From positions 3,510,001-3,542,000 of the forward strand of contig NZ_RSDW01000001.1 in assembly GCF_003945235.1 (NCBI RefSeq): 32,000 nucleotides of DNA, read 5' to 3'. The stretch is from Edaphobacter aggregans (GTDB lineage: Bacteria; Acidobacteriota; Terriglobia; Terriglobales; Acidobacteriaceae). A program made the position numbers and the translations under genes. Positions 6,921-15,272 of this stretch are shown piece after piece. Every line of letters begins with the position of its first letter. Positions within the stretch are counted from its first letter, which is position 1. The notes under the pieces are model-generated. The model was not told the origin of the DNA. It did no database searches and was given only the letters and a program-made list of their open reading frames with translations.

Positions 6921-8732
6921 TCAGAACCTCCAATAGAGAGGCGCGATGAATACTGCGACCACGAGCGACCACAACAGGACCATCATTCCAAGCTTCCAGT
7001 AGTCCCCAAACTCGTAGGCACCCGGCCCATACGTCACCAGGTTCACTGGTGTGCTCATAGGTGTAAGGTGAGCAGCACCGGACCCCATTGCCACGGCAAT
7101 CAGCAAAGGCAGTGGCGAAACGGAAAGTTCACCAGCCGTGGCGACTGCGATTGGGATCATTACCAGCGCTGCGGAAGTGTTGGAAATAACCTGTGTGAGC
7201 GCTGTGCTCACGACGAACAGTCCGGCCAACACGGCTCGCGGACCGCCGGCGCCAACCAGTTGGATGACATGGTCTCCGATCAATCCCGCCAAGCCTGTGT
7301 TGGTCATGGCAGTAGCCATCGGAATCAAACCTCCGATGAGGATGCAGGTGTTCCAGTCAACGCCACGGTATAGTTGCGGCAGCGTGATAACCCGCATCAC
7401 AACCATGGCGCCTGCACAGAGTACTGCCGCGATCGCTGGCGGTACCGCGTTGGTCGTGAGCAGGACGACCAGTAAGATCAAGATACCGATGGCTTCATAG
7501 GCGCCACGGCTCAGGGCGACTGCCTGGCGCCGAACCACTTCCGGAGAGTCGACCACCAGCACCTGCGGATCGGAAAGGTGCTTATCCAGTGCCTCCCACG
7601 TTCCCTGCAACAAAAGGTGGTCACCAATGCGCAGTTGTGTGATATTCGACTCCACGTCATAGCCGCCGCGCTGAATACCGAGAATGATTAGGTCCCCGTT
7701 GTGTGTGGCCATACCCGGGAATACTGTCTGGCCTATCAGAGCCGAGCGAGGCGGGACCACGATTTCGGCTAGACCGGATGAACGATTGAAAAGCGTATCT
7801 GCGATGTTATCGTCCTCTGCATTCGATTTGCGGATGGCAAGATGCATGTCACGCGCCAGCTTTCCCACCGTCTGTGCATCACCGCGCACCAACAGAAGAT
7901 CTCCTTCGGCCACTGGCTTCTGCGTGGGCTCCCCTCCTTCTGCATCCACTAGACTGACAATGCTTACGCCAGGGTAGGATGTCAGATCGATATCAGTTCT
8001 AGACATTCCGACATAAGGTGAACTGGCACGTACCCGCAGATGATGCATGTCGTCTTTGATTCGGTATTGTTCGACCAGCGTATGCGCATGACCGCTGAGG
8101 TCAACTGGGAGAGATCCACTCCGACGCTTCGGCAGCAGGTGAGGCCCGAAAATCAGAATGATGACCATCGCGCCAGCGAATAGGGGAACGCCCACGATAG
8201 CCCACTCGAAGAACCGGATAGGCCCCGCGCCAGCCAATTCGCCAGCATTTGACGCGATGACATTTACGGGGCTGCCCAGCAACGTGAGTTTAGCGCCGGT
8301 GAGGCACGCTATCGACACCGGCATCATTATCTGAGATGGCGCAATATCCGTACGTGCTGCGATGACGACCGCGATCGGGACCATCGTTACAACTGCACCA
8401 TTCATGCCAATCAGTGCGGTGAACAAAGCGGATAAGAGCAATAGTGATACGAGCAACAGCGTTTTATTTGTGCCTGCATAACGAATGAGGAGTTGACCGG
8501 CCCAAGTCCCTACGCCTGTCGCCTCCAGACCAGTGCCAATGACCAGAAGTGCAGCGATGAACACAACCAATGAGTCACCGAATCCCGCCAAAGTGTCGTG
8601 CGCGTTCAGGACGCCGGTGAAATACAGGACAAGCGACGAGAACACCGCTACGATTGCCGCTGGCAATTTATTCCAGATGAACAAGACCATCATCGTGACA
8701 ACAACCAGCGATGTGATCATAAGTTGACTCAT
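6921..8732 (-). CDS. SLC13/DASS-family anion permease with two central TrkA-C (RCK_C) domains
   Basis: GGGAG lies 8 nt before ATG 8732; the ORF-track start at 8756 has no RBS. Polytopic hydrophobic N- and C-terminal halves flank two soluble segments of TrkA-C type (...LRVRASSPYVGMSRTDIDL...GDLLLVRGD... and ...EIVVPPRSALIGQTV...GDHLLLQGT...). Confidence 0.8.
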   Translation of the reverse strand: MSQLMITSLVVVTMMVLFIWNKLPAAIVAVFSSLVLYFTGVLNAHDTLAGFGDSLVVFIAALLVIGTGLEATGVGTWAGQLLIRYAGTNKTLLLVSLLLLSALFTALIGMNGAVVTMVPIAVVIAARTDIAPSQIMMPVSIACLTGAKLTLLGSPVNVIASNAGELAGAGPIRFFEWAIVGVPLFAGAMVIILIFGPHLLPKRRSGSLPVDLSGHAHTLVEQYRIKDDMHHLRVRASSPYVGMSRTDIDLTSYPGVSIVSLVDAEGGEPTQKPVAEGDLLLVRGDAQTVGKLARDMHLAIRKSNAEDDNIADTLFNRSSGLAEIVVPPRSALIGQTVFPGMATHNGDLIILGIQRGGYDVESNITQLRIGDHLLLQGTWEALDKHLSDPQVLVVDSPEVVRRQAVALSRGAYEAIGILILLVVLLTTNAVPPAIAAVLCAGAMVVMRVITLPQLYRGVDWNTCILIGGLIPMATAMTNTGLAGLIGDHVIQLVGAGGPRAVLAGLFVVSTALTQVISNTSAALVMIPIAVATAGELSVSPLPLLIAVAMGSGAAHLTPMSTPVNLVTYGPGAYEFGDYWKLGMMVLLWSLVVAVFIAPLYWRF

Positions 8733-8799
8733 CTTTATATCTCCCGGGCAAAACACCGATCCTGGATTTGCTTCACAACACCGCCGTCAAGACGGCAGA

Positions 8800-10461
8800 T
8801 CAGTAACCCAGGGCGGCGCCGTCGCCCCGCGGATCGGCCCCTCCTTCGTAGAAACCCTGTTCGTGATCGACGCGGATGGCATGCGCATGCCCCATGTTGT
8901 CATTCCAGTCGGTAACCATTTGCACGGGCTGTCCGCGCCGTTTCAGTTCGCGCACCACCTCATCAGGGATGCGCCCTTCGAGTGACATATTCCGCGATTT
9001 CGTTCCCCAGGTCCGCCCCATCAGCCAACGAGGCGCTTCGATCGCCTGTTGAATGTCATAGCCGAAATCGATGATCCGGGTCGCGAGTGCCGCTTGCGAT
9101 TGCGGTTGTCCTTCGCCGCCCATCGAACCGAAAGCAAGATAGGGTTTTCCGTTGCGTGTCATCATGCCAGGGATCAACGTGTGAAACGTGCGCTTTCCGG
9201 GACGCAGATGGTTTGGATGATGCTCATCCAGTGAAAAGAATCCGCCCCGATTTTGCATGATGATACCTGTATTGCCGCCGATAACAGCGCTTCCGAAGTC
9301 GTGAAAAATCGATTGAATCAACGACACGACCATCCCATTCCTGTCCGCAGCGCAGAAATAGCAGGTATCTCCTTCAGGGACGCGACGTTCATGTGGATGT
9401 GCATAGGCAATACCGGCAGGTACCTGGCTAATGTCCAGCGCCCGTTCTGAGTCGATCAGCTTGCGGCGTTCATTGCAGTACTCCTTCGAGATCAACCGCT
9501 GCACCGGAATCTCCACGAAACGTGGATCTGTCAGCCATTCTTCGCGATCGGCGAAAGCGATCTTCACTGCCTCCGCCATATGGTGGTAGTAGTTTGCGGT
9601 GCCGTCGCCCCAGGCAACCACATCATAGCCTTCAATAAGATTCAGAATCTGGAGCGGAGTGAACCCCTGGGTGTTTGGCGGCAACTCATGCACATCGTAG
9701 CCTCGATACGTTGTGGTGATTGGGTCAACCCACTCTGCGTGGAAGTCGGCAAAATCGCTCGCCCGCAGCGGCGACCCTAACGATTGAACGCCTTCCGAAA
9801 TTTGCTTAGCGATTTGGCCCTCGTAAAATCCTCCGCGTGCGCCTTTATCGGCAATATGTTGCAATGACTGCGCAAGGTTTGTTTGGACGAGCCGTGCTCC
9901 TTCGCTCGGGACTTGACCACCAGGCAGGAAAACTGCGGCCGTCGCCGGGTACTGCGTCAGAATCGGCACATCCTGCACGATCCAATCAAGCAGGGACCGG
10001 CTAACCGGTACACCGTCGCGGGCATAGGTAATCGCCGCTTCAAATAATTCACTCCAGGGCAGGCCTCCAAAGCGCTCGTGTGCCGCACGCCACCCGTCGA
10101 CAGCGCCCGGCACGGTCAGAATGGCCAGCGGCCCACGCGATGGAATCTCATTGTTTTTGCCTTTGGAACGATAGAAATCCAACGTTGCAAGCTGCGCCGC
10201 ATGACCACTGGCGTTCAGCCCATGTACGCGATTGGTCTTTTCATCAGCGATCAACCAGAAGCCGTCGCCGCCCAATCCGGCCATGTGTGGATACGCCACA
10301 CATAACACCGCATTTGCGGCAATGGCCGCATCCACTGCGGTGCCGCCGCGCTGGAGTATATTCAATCCCGCCTGACTGGCGAGGTAGTGAGGTGTCGATA
10401 CCACACCGCGCGGTGCACGAGTAGACGGGCGACCGGTGCGAGGGCCATTCGGATGACTCAT
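8800..10461 (-). CDS. ggt: Gamma-glutamyltransferase family protein (no signal peptide, probably cytoplasmic Ntn amidohydrolase)
   Basis: AAGGAG lies 8 nt before ATG 10461. The N-terminus runs straight into the conserved core (GVVSTPHYLASQAGLNILQRGGTAVDAAIAANAVL). Autoprocessing/nucleophile region ...EGDTCYFCAADRNGMVVSLIQS. C-terminal ...GGADPRGDGAALGY is typical of the family. Confidence 0.85.
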   Translation of the reverse strand: MSHPNGPRTGRPSTRAPRGVVSTPHYLASQAGLNILQRGGTAVDAAIAANAVLCVAYPHMAGLGGDGFWLIADEKTNRVHGLNASGHAAQLATLDFYRSKGKNNEIPSRGPLAILTVPGAVDGWRAAHERFGGLPWSELFEAAITYARDGVPVSRSLLDWIVQDVPILTQYPATAAVFLPGGQVPSEGARLVQTNLAQSLQHIADKGARGGFYEGQIAKQISEGVQSLGSPLRASDFADFHAEWVDPITTTYRGYDVHELPPNTQGFTPLQILNLIEGYDVVAWGDGTANYYHHMAEAVKIAFADREEWLTDPRFVEIPVQRLISKEYCNERRKLIDSERALDISQVPAGIAYAHPHERRVPEGDTCYFCAADRNGMVVSLIQSIFHDFGSAVIGGNTGIIMQNRGGFFSLDEHHPNHLRPGKRTFHTLIPGMMTRNGKPYLAFGSMGGEGQPQSQAALATRIIDFGYDIQQAIEAPRWLMGRTWGTKSRNMSLEGRIPDEVVRELKRRGQPVQMVTDWNDNMGHAHAIRVDHEQGFYEGGADPRGDGAALGY

Positions 10462-10555
10462 GACGGAATCTCCTTACGTGCCTTCTGTATTAACAAGCCT
10501 GAGGTACTTCCCATGGCTTGCCGAATCCTACGGATATGGGCGCGACATCGGTGGA

Positions 10556-10774
10556 TCAAGACGCCCGGTCGTCAAACTCGATTCCGGTATCTCTAATCTT
10601 GTCCTTGGAGTGATCCATAAAACGTGTCACGATGGGCAATGCTCCCCCCAAGACAACACACAAAAGTCCCAGCCATAACGTGACCGTATGGCCTCCCGTT
10701 GCGCCAAAGCTGGTTAGCGGAAAGGCAACGAATAGTAATATCAGCGCGATTGTCTCAGCGGTTAGCTTGTCCAT
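10556..10774 (-). CDS. Small (72 aa) two-TM membrane protein
   Basis: GAGG lies 7 nt before ATG 10774 and overlaps the stop of the upstream permease gene. Two hydrophobic helices. Located between two operon genes on the same strand. Confidence 0.55.
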   Translation of the reverse strand: MDKLTAETIALILLFVAFPLTSFGATGGHTVTLWLGLLCVVLGGALPIVTRFMDHSKDKIRDTGIEFDDRAS

Positions 10775-10783
10775 TGAACTACC

Positions 10784-12409
10784 TCAATGCAGAAGAACGA
10801 GTGCAACGGTTGCCAATCCAGTCAGCACTGCAACAAGGATGGTCCAGGGCAACGCCTGTCGCAGTACTGCTCCTTCTTGACCCTTGATGCCAGTGATGCT
10901 CGTGCCTAGCACGACATTGGCGGGACCAATGGCATTCCCGTATGCACTACCCGCGGCCTGCGCAGCAATAATGGTTTCCACGGGTAAAGCGTGCAGATGT
11001 GCCACGTCGCTTTGCAATCCACCGAAAAGCACGTTGGATGCCGTGCTGCTCGACGTCATGAATGCGCCAAGCGCACCAATAACGCTGGCAATGCTGGCAT
11101 AGACTAATGGTGGAGACACCGCAGCGATGCCGTCGGCAAGAACTAATGTTTGGCCACTGTGGTCAAGTATTCGGCTCAATACCAGAAAGGCAATGACCGG
11201 CACGGAGGCTGGTACGCCATCAGCAATTAGACTTCGCGCAAGATTTTCAGTGCCGTGACGCGCTCCCCAGGCTCTGTAATAACCCTTCGCATTAAACACA
11301 ATCCAAACGACGATGGCCGTGATCAACAACATTGTTCCAGGGTGTGTTAATGGAGCGAACGGTGCGTAACGCTCGACTGCAGCATTGTGCACACCGAATC
11401 CGGTTTCCACTTCAGGAAAAGGTAAACCGACTCGGAACTGCCGCAACGCCGCGTTGAGTGACGGAATGAGCAGAATTCCAAGGGTCACAATCGGCAGCAC
11501 GATGTAGGGCAGAAACGACATCGACAGGCTCATGACGGGCTGTTCTTCGTGCTGCGTCTCAGTACGTTTTTCCTGCATCGCAGGTCTGTCGGGGATACCT
11601 TCTATCGGTTCACCATATCGGCGCCAACGTGATAAAGGATAAAGAGCGATCATTGCGACGGCGGCAGCCAAGAACGTTGAAAGTTCAGGACTAAAAAACG
11701 CAAATAGCAGTTGTCCAAAACCCAGGATCGTACCCAGAATGAGGACCAGCGGCCAGGCATGCCTTATGGCCGCCCAACGTCCATAGAGCCACACAATAAA
11801 GAGGCCGCCTAAATATGTCGAGATCAGTAGCAAAAGCGACGCTTCATAGGCAGTCCTTGTAACATCGTGCACGTCGGCAACCTGCAGTGTTGCCAGCCAA
11901 CCGACGCCGAGCGTGCCGAAGAACCTCGCCCACGCATGTGCAATGATCGACATCGACGCGGCATAGACCGGTCTTACGCCCATAGCGAGAAGAAGTGGAG
12001 CGACCACAACGATAGGTGCGCCAAAACCTGCTATGCCCTGGAGAAACGACGAAAATACCCAGGCGAGCGCTAAGATGATAAACAATTCATTGCGGCTAAA
12101 GCGCGCAATGCCTTGTCGGAGGGCGTCGTATCCACCCGCCTGTTTGGTTAGCTGATATAGCAACAGCGAGGGCCACATTACATAGAGAATAAAGATGGCG
12201 TCCCACACGCCTTTCGCACTTGCGACTGCCAGCGTGGCCAGAGGAGTTCGAAAGGCGAGGAAAGCGATGATACCGCCGGTGAACATCGCCACTGGTCCCG
12301 CTTCAGGCGCCCGCCAGCGCAGTGGCACAAGGAAAATGAGTAGCGCAAGAATGGAAAGCGTTGCTAACGTCCAATGGAGAAAATCAACCGGAACATGTGC
12401 CTCAGTCAT
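10784..12409 (-). CDS. L-lactate permease (LctP) family transporter
   Basis: GGAGA lies 6 nt before ATG 12409; the ORF-track start at 12541 adds 44 non-hydrophobic residues with no RBS. Family motifs: FLQGIAGFGAPIVVVAPLLLAMGVRPVYAA (compare E. coli LldP [30 protein letters not shown]) and C-terminal TSSSTASNVLFGGLQ. Confidence 0.85.
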   Translation of the reverse strand: MTEAHVPVDFLHWTLATLSILALLIFLVPLRWRAPEAGPVAMFTGGIIAFLAFRTPLATLAVASAKGVWDAIFILYVMWPSLLLYQLTKQAGGYDALRQGIARFSRNELFIILALAWVFSSFLQGIAGFGAPIVVVAPLLLAMGVRPVYAASMSIIAHAWARFFGTLGVGWLATLQVADVHDVTRTAYEASLLLLISTYLGGLFIVWLYGRWAAIRHAWPLVLILGTILGFGQLLFAFFSPELSTFLAAAVAMIALYPLSRWRRYGEPIEGIPDRPAMQEKRTETQHEEQPVMSLSMSFLPYIVLPIVTLGILLIPSLNAALRQFRVGLPFPEVETGFGVHNAAVERYAPFAPLTHPGTMLLITAIVVWIVFNAKGYYRAWGARHGTENLARSLIADGVPASVPVIAFLVLSRILDHSGQTLVLADGIAAVSPPLVYASIASVIGALGAFMTSSSTASNVLFGGLQSDVAHLHALPVETIIAAQAAGSAYGNAIGPANVVLGTSITGIKGQEGAVLRQALPWTILVAVLTGLATVALVLLH

Positions 12410-12951
12410 TTTAATTCTCCGCGCATCGCGAAAAAGATCATTAGCAAACGTAATTTGGTTTTGGTAATTGCAGCGCCCAAGTAGCGCATTGAGCAACACT
12501 CTTATAGGAAAGGCCCATGTACTTCTCTGATGCAGAGTCAAAGCTCTGAATTATGAGTTCCTGATTTGAGTGGAATCCTGGGACTAAAGAGCGGAGAGAA
12601 AATGGTGAGACTACTGCTCCGTTGGATGTCAGCTAAAAAGAGACGCTCTGTAGCGAACGAATGTTCTCATAGCTATCCCAGAGTGTCAAACAGTTTCGGT
12701 TGTTGTGGGATCTGTTTCCAATGCGCCTTATTTTATTGGCACCGATTTCCAGATGTAGTGGTCGTGAGAACTCTCCACAGGCAGTTTCCTCACGAGACCG
12801 CAACCTGTAAATGAATATCTCATTATTCAAAGATTTCGTGGAAGGCATCAAGCGATCGCGACCTTGACACATCATGGCTTGCGGCGGCATGACAGACTGC
12901 TCGACGGGCCATCACGAGAAACTCAGCTGAAAGCGGGTTTTATGATTGACG

Positions 12952-12971
12952 GGGAACAATACGGGAACAAC
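12952..12971. repeat. Inverted repeat, right copy (gggaacaatacgggaacaac)
   Basis: Perfect reverse complement of 6453-6472. It lies 75 bp inside the proximal direct repeat. Confidence 0.85.
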
Positions 12972-13046
12972 GTTGATTCAGTCTCTTCAACCACTTACGA
13001 AGCGAGACTAGAAATGGGCTCGGAGAATTACTGCGCTGCTCCCTGC

Positions 13047-13113
13047 TAAGTTATTGATTCTAAATGGTGGCCAGAGACGGGATCGAACCGCCGACGCCGG
13101 CCTTTTCAGGGCC
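13047..13113 (-). repeat. Direct repeat, proximal copy (att-like), overlapping the 3' half of the functional tRNA-Phe
   Basis: See 6273-6339; 65/67 identity. Confidence 0.9.
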
Positions 13114-13139
13114 GCGCTCTACCACTGAGCTATCTGGCC
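13065..13139 (-). tRNA. tRNA-Phe (anticodon GAA), CCA encoded
   Basis: The reverse complement is GGCCAGA TA GCTC AGTGGTA GAGC G CGGCC CTGAAAA GGCCG GCGTC GGCGG TTCGATC CCGTC TCTGGCC A CCA. The full cloverleaf has 7/4/5/5-bp stems, a canonical T-loop, and GAA in the anticodon loop. Confidence 0.95.
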
Positions 13140-13346
13140 TTGGCATGGTGCAACGCTTCTATTCGGGGATCGCCAAGGATGCCCGGAGCGTACGTCTGTC
13201 GCATCGGCCTTTTCAGGGGGAGCTTGCTACCGGTGGGGAACCAGCAACTCAAACGCAATTCAAGTATAGCAATCTCTGGCCATTCTCTCCAACTCGCCGC
13301 CCCTTCACGCTATTCTTGCTCATATCACTCACGATAAGGACGCCTC

Positions 13347-15002
13347 ATGCTACGTCCCACCCAGAGCCTTTTGGCCACTCTCCTTCTCTGCTTCACCGCT
13401 GCTGCTATTGCACAGACTCCAGCCAAGCCCAAAACGGCAGCCCCACGCGTATCGCGTGCTACACCTCAGGAGCAACGCGCCTCCCGCGCATTCGACGCCG
13501 CTAAACAGAGCAGCCCTCTCCAGCTCACTGCCTTCCTCGTCAACATGCCCAAGGGCGGCGATCTTCATATGCATCTCTCCGGGGCCGTCTACGCCGAGAC
13601 CTTCATCAGGAACGGCGCTGCCGACTTGCTCTGCGTCAATCCTGGGACTCACAGCTTCGTGAAGCCTGGTGGCACTACGCGTAGTATTCCGCCTCAGCCA
13701 GTTTGCGGCGAAGGTAATGTCCGTGCGTCGGACGCTTTCAAGGACCAGCGCCTCTATGATGACCTCGTCAACTCGTTCTCCATGCGCAGCTTCGTTCCCA
13801 GCGCCGGCGTCAGCGGTCACGATCAGTTCTTCGCTACCTTCGGTCGCTTCAGTGGCATCGACAAATCCCATACCGGCGAGTGGCTCGACGAAGTGGCATC
13901 TCGCGCTGCTGCGCAGAACGAACAGTACCTTGAGGTCATGGAGACGCCGATCTTCTCTGATGTCGCTAAACTTGGCTACTCCATTCCATGGCCAAGCACT
14001 CCTGCTGACCCTGTGCTGAATCGCACTGGTGACGCTACCGGAACCACGCGCGAGGATCTCAGCAAGCTCCGTGACGCGCTTCTGGCTGGAGGTTTGCGCG
14101 ATGAGGTCGCCGTCGATCGCAAGGAGCTCGACGATGCTCTGAACTCGCGCAACCAGATTGAGCACTGTGGTGAGCCAAGTGCTACCCGCGCCTGCTCCGT
14201 CAAAATCCGCTTCTTATACCAGGTCCTGCGAGCATTTCCGCCACAACAGGTCTTCGCACAGACTTTGCTGGGCTTCGAGGTCGCATCGCAGGACCCGCGC
14301 GTCGTCGGCATTAACTTTGTTCAGCCCGAAGACTCTTACATGTCGATGTCGGAGTACCACCGCCAGATGTTGATGCTCGACTACCTGCACGGCGTTTACC
14401 CCAAGGTGCACATCTCGCTTCATGCTGGGGAGCTAGCTCCCGGTCTCGTCCCGCCCGACGGTCTCCGCTTCCATGTCCGCGAGGCGATTGACCTTGGTCA
14501 CGCGGAGCGCATCGGCCATGGCGTCTCCGTCATGTACGAGAACGAGCCTCAATCGTTGCTCAAAGAGATGGCCTCGCGGCACATCATGACGGAGATCAAC
14601 CTCACCTCGAACGACGTCATCCTTGGCGTCACCGGGGCGTGGCATCCGCTGCCTGCTTATCGTGCCGCGGGAGTTCCGGTGGCGCTCTCGACTGATGACG
14701 AGGGCGTCTCTCGCATCAACATCACGCACGAATACGCCCGGGCTGCACTCGACTTCAACCTTTCTTACCTCGACCTGAAGAAGATGGCCCGCACCTCGAT
14801 CGAGCACAGTTTTCTTCCGGGGGCCAGCCTATGGGCACAGCCTGACGTATTTACTACGATCAACTCTGCCTGTGCTGCCCAACCGCTTGGCGGAGCCAAC
14901 CCGACGCCCAAGTGCCTGGCTTTTTTGCAGTCCAGTGAGAAGGCTGCCGAGCAGTGGCAGCTCGAACACCGTTACCTGCTCTTCGAGGGTAGCCTTCCAT
15001 AA
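13347..15002 (+). CDS. Secreted adenosine deaminase family protein (ADGF/ADA2-like, long form)
   Basis: AAGGA lies 6 nt before the ATG. Signal peptide LLATLLLCFTAAAIAQTPA. Metal-site motifs MPKGGDLHMHLSG, SLHAGE, ERIGHG and ALSTDDEGV occur in the expected order for adenosine/AMP deaminase-fold amidohydrolases. Confidence 0.8.
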   Translation: MLRPTQSLLATLLLCFTAAAIAQTPAKPKTAAPRVSRATPQEQRASRAFDAAKQSSPLQLTAFLVNMPKGGDLHMHLSGAVYAETFIRNGAADLLCVNPGTHSFVKPGGTTRSIPPQPVCGEGNVRASDAFKDQRLYDDLVNSFSMRSFVPSAGVSGHDQFFATFGRFSGIDKSHTGEWLDEVASRAAAQNEQYLEVMETPIFSDVAKLGYSIPWPSTPADPVLNRTGDATGTTREDLSKLRDALLAGGLRDEVAVDRKELDDALNSRNQIEHCGEPSATRACSVKIRFLYQVLRAFPPQQVFAQTLLGFEVASQDPRVVGINFVQPEDSYMSMSEYHRQMLMLDYLHGVYPKVHISLHAGELAPGLVPPDGLRFHVREAIDLGHAERIGHGVSVMYENEPQSLLKEMASRHIMTEINLTSNDVILGVTGAWHPLPAYRAAGVPVALSTDDEGVSRINITHEYARAALDFNLSYLDLKKMARTSIEHSFLPGASLWAQPDVFTTINSACAAQPLGGANPTPKCLAFLQSSEKAAEQWQLEHRYLLFEGSLP

Positions 15003-15272
15003 GTAAGTATCCCCTTACCCCGCACCTTAGGCCTCAAAGTATTGACTGCAGATACCTTAGGTCCGGACTTGATCCCGACTAAGGTATATCTTCGGGCAAA
15101 ATGGAGGCCGCTCTTTTTTGGCGGGAAATCGACCCTTCGGCCCGCCCTCCTGAAAAGTAATTTCGTGAATTTCCACGCGCTTTTCAAAACCAAGGCTTCC
15201 ACCATTCTCTAAAGTCAATTCCTTCAATAATGAATTACCGTAGCCGATGCTGAGGTAACCGAGGCATGTACT

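Larger units (their letters stand above)
6273..13113. mobile_element. Candidate integrase-less genomic islet inserted at the 3' end of tRNA-Phe
   Basis: Bounded by the 67-bp direct repeats, with the intact tRNA at one end and a 3' fragment at the other. A 20-bp inverted repeat lies just inside both ends. Gene-less arms of about 0.6 kb flank a four-gene cargo operon. No recombinase-sized ORF is present, which weakens the call. Confidence 0.45.

Noticed and set aside
12410-12541. N-terminal extensions given by the ORF track (LctP to 12541, DASS to 8756, DUF1684 from 18878, phosphorylase from 22700)
   Set aside because: In each case an internal ATG has a proper Shine-Dalgarno sequence at 6-9 nt and/or begins the signal peptide or conserved core. 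The extension is non-conserved in character, and for 18878 it overlaps a terminator.
13064-13504. 146-aa plus-strand ORF starting inside the tRNA-Phe gene, and the 271-aa minus-strand ORF at 13350-14165
   Set aside because: The first is read through the complement of a tRNA and an intergenic region. The second is antisense to the adenosine-deaminase CDS. Neither has an RBS or a plausible protein sequence.
6350-15064. Shared 9-mer cttaggtcc (reverse complement at 6350-6358; plus strand at 15056-15064) as a possible link between the islet end and the 15-kb spacer
   Set aside because: A 9-bp match is expected by chance at appreciable frequency in 32 kb on two strands, and there is no extended similarity.
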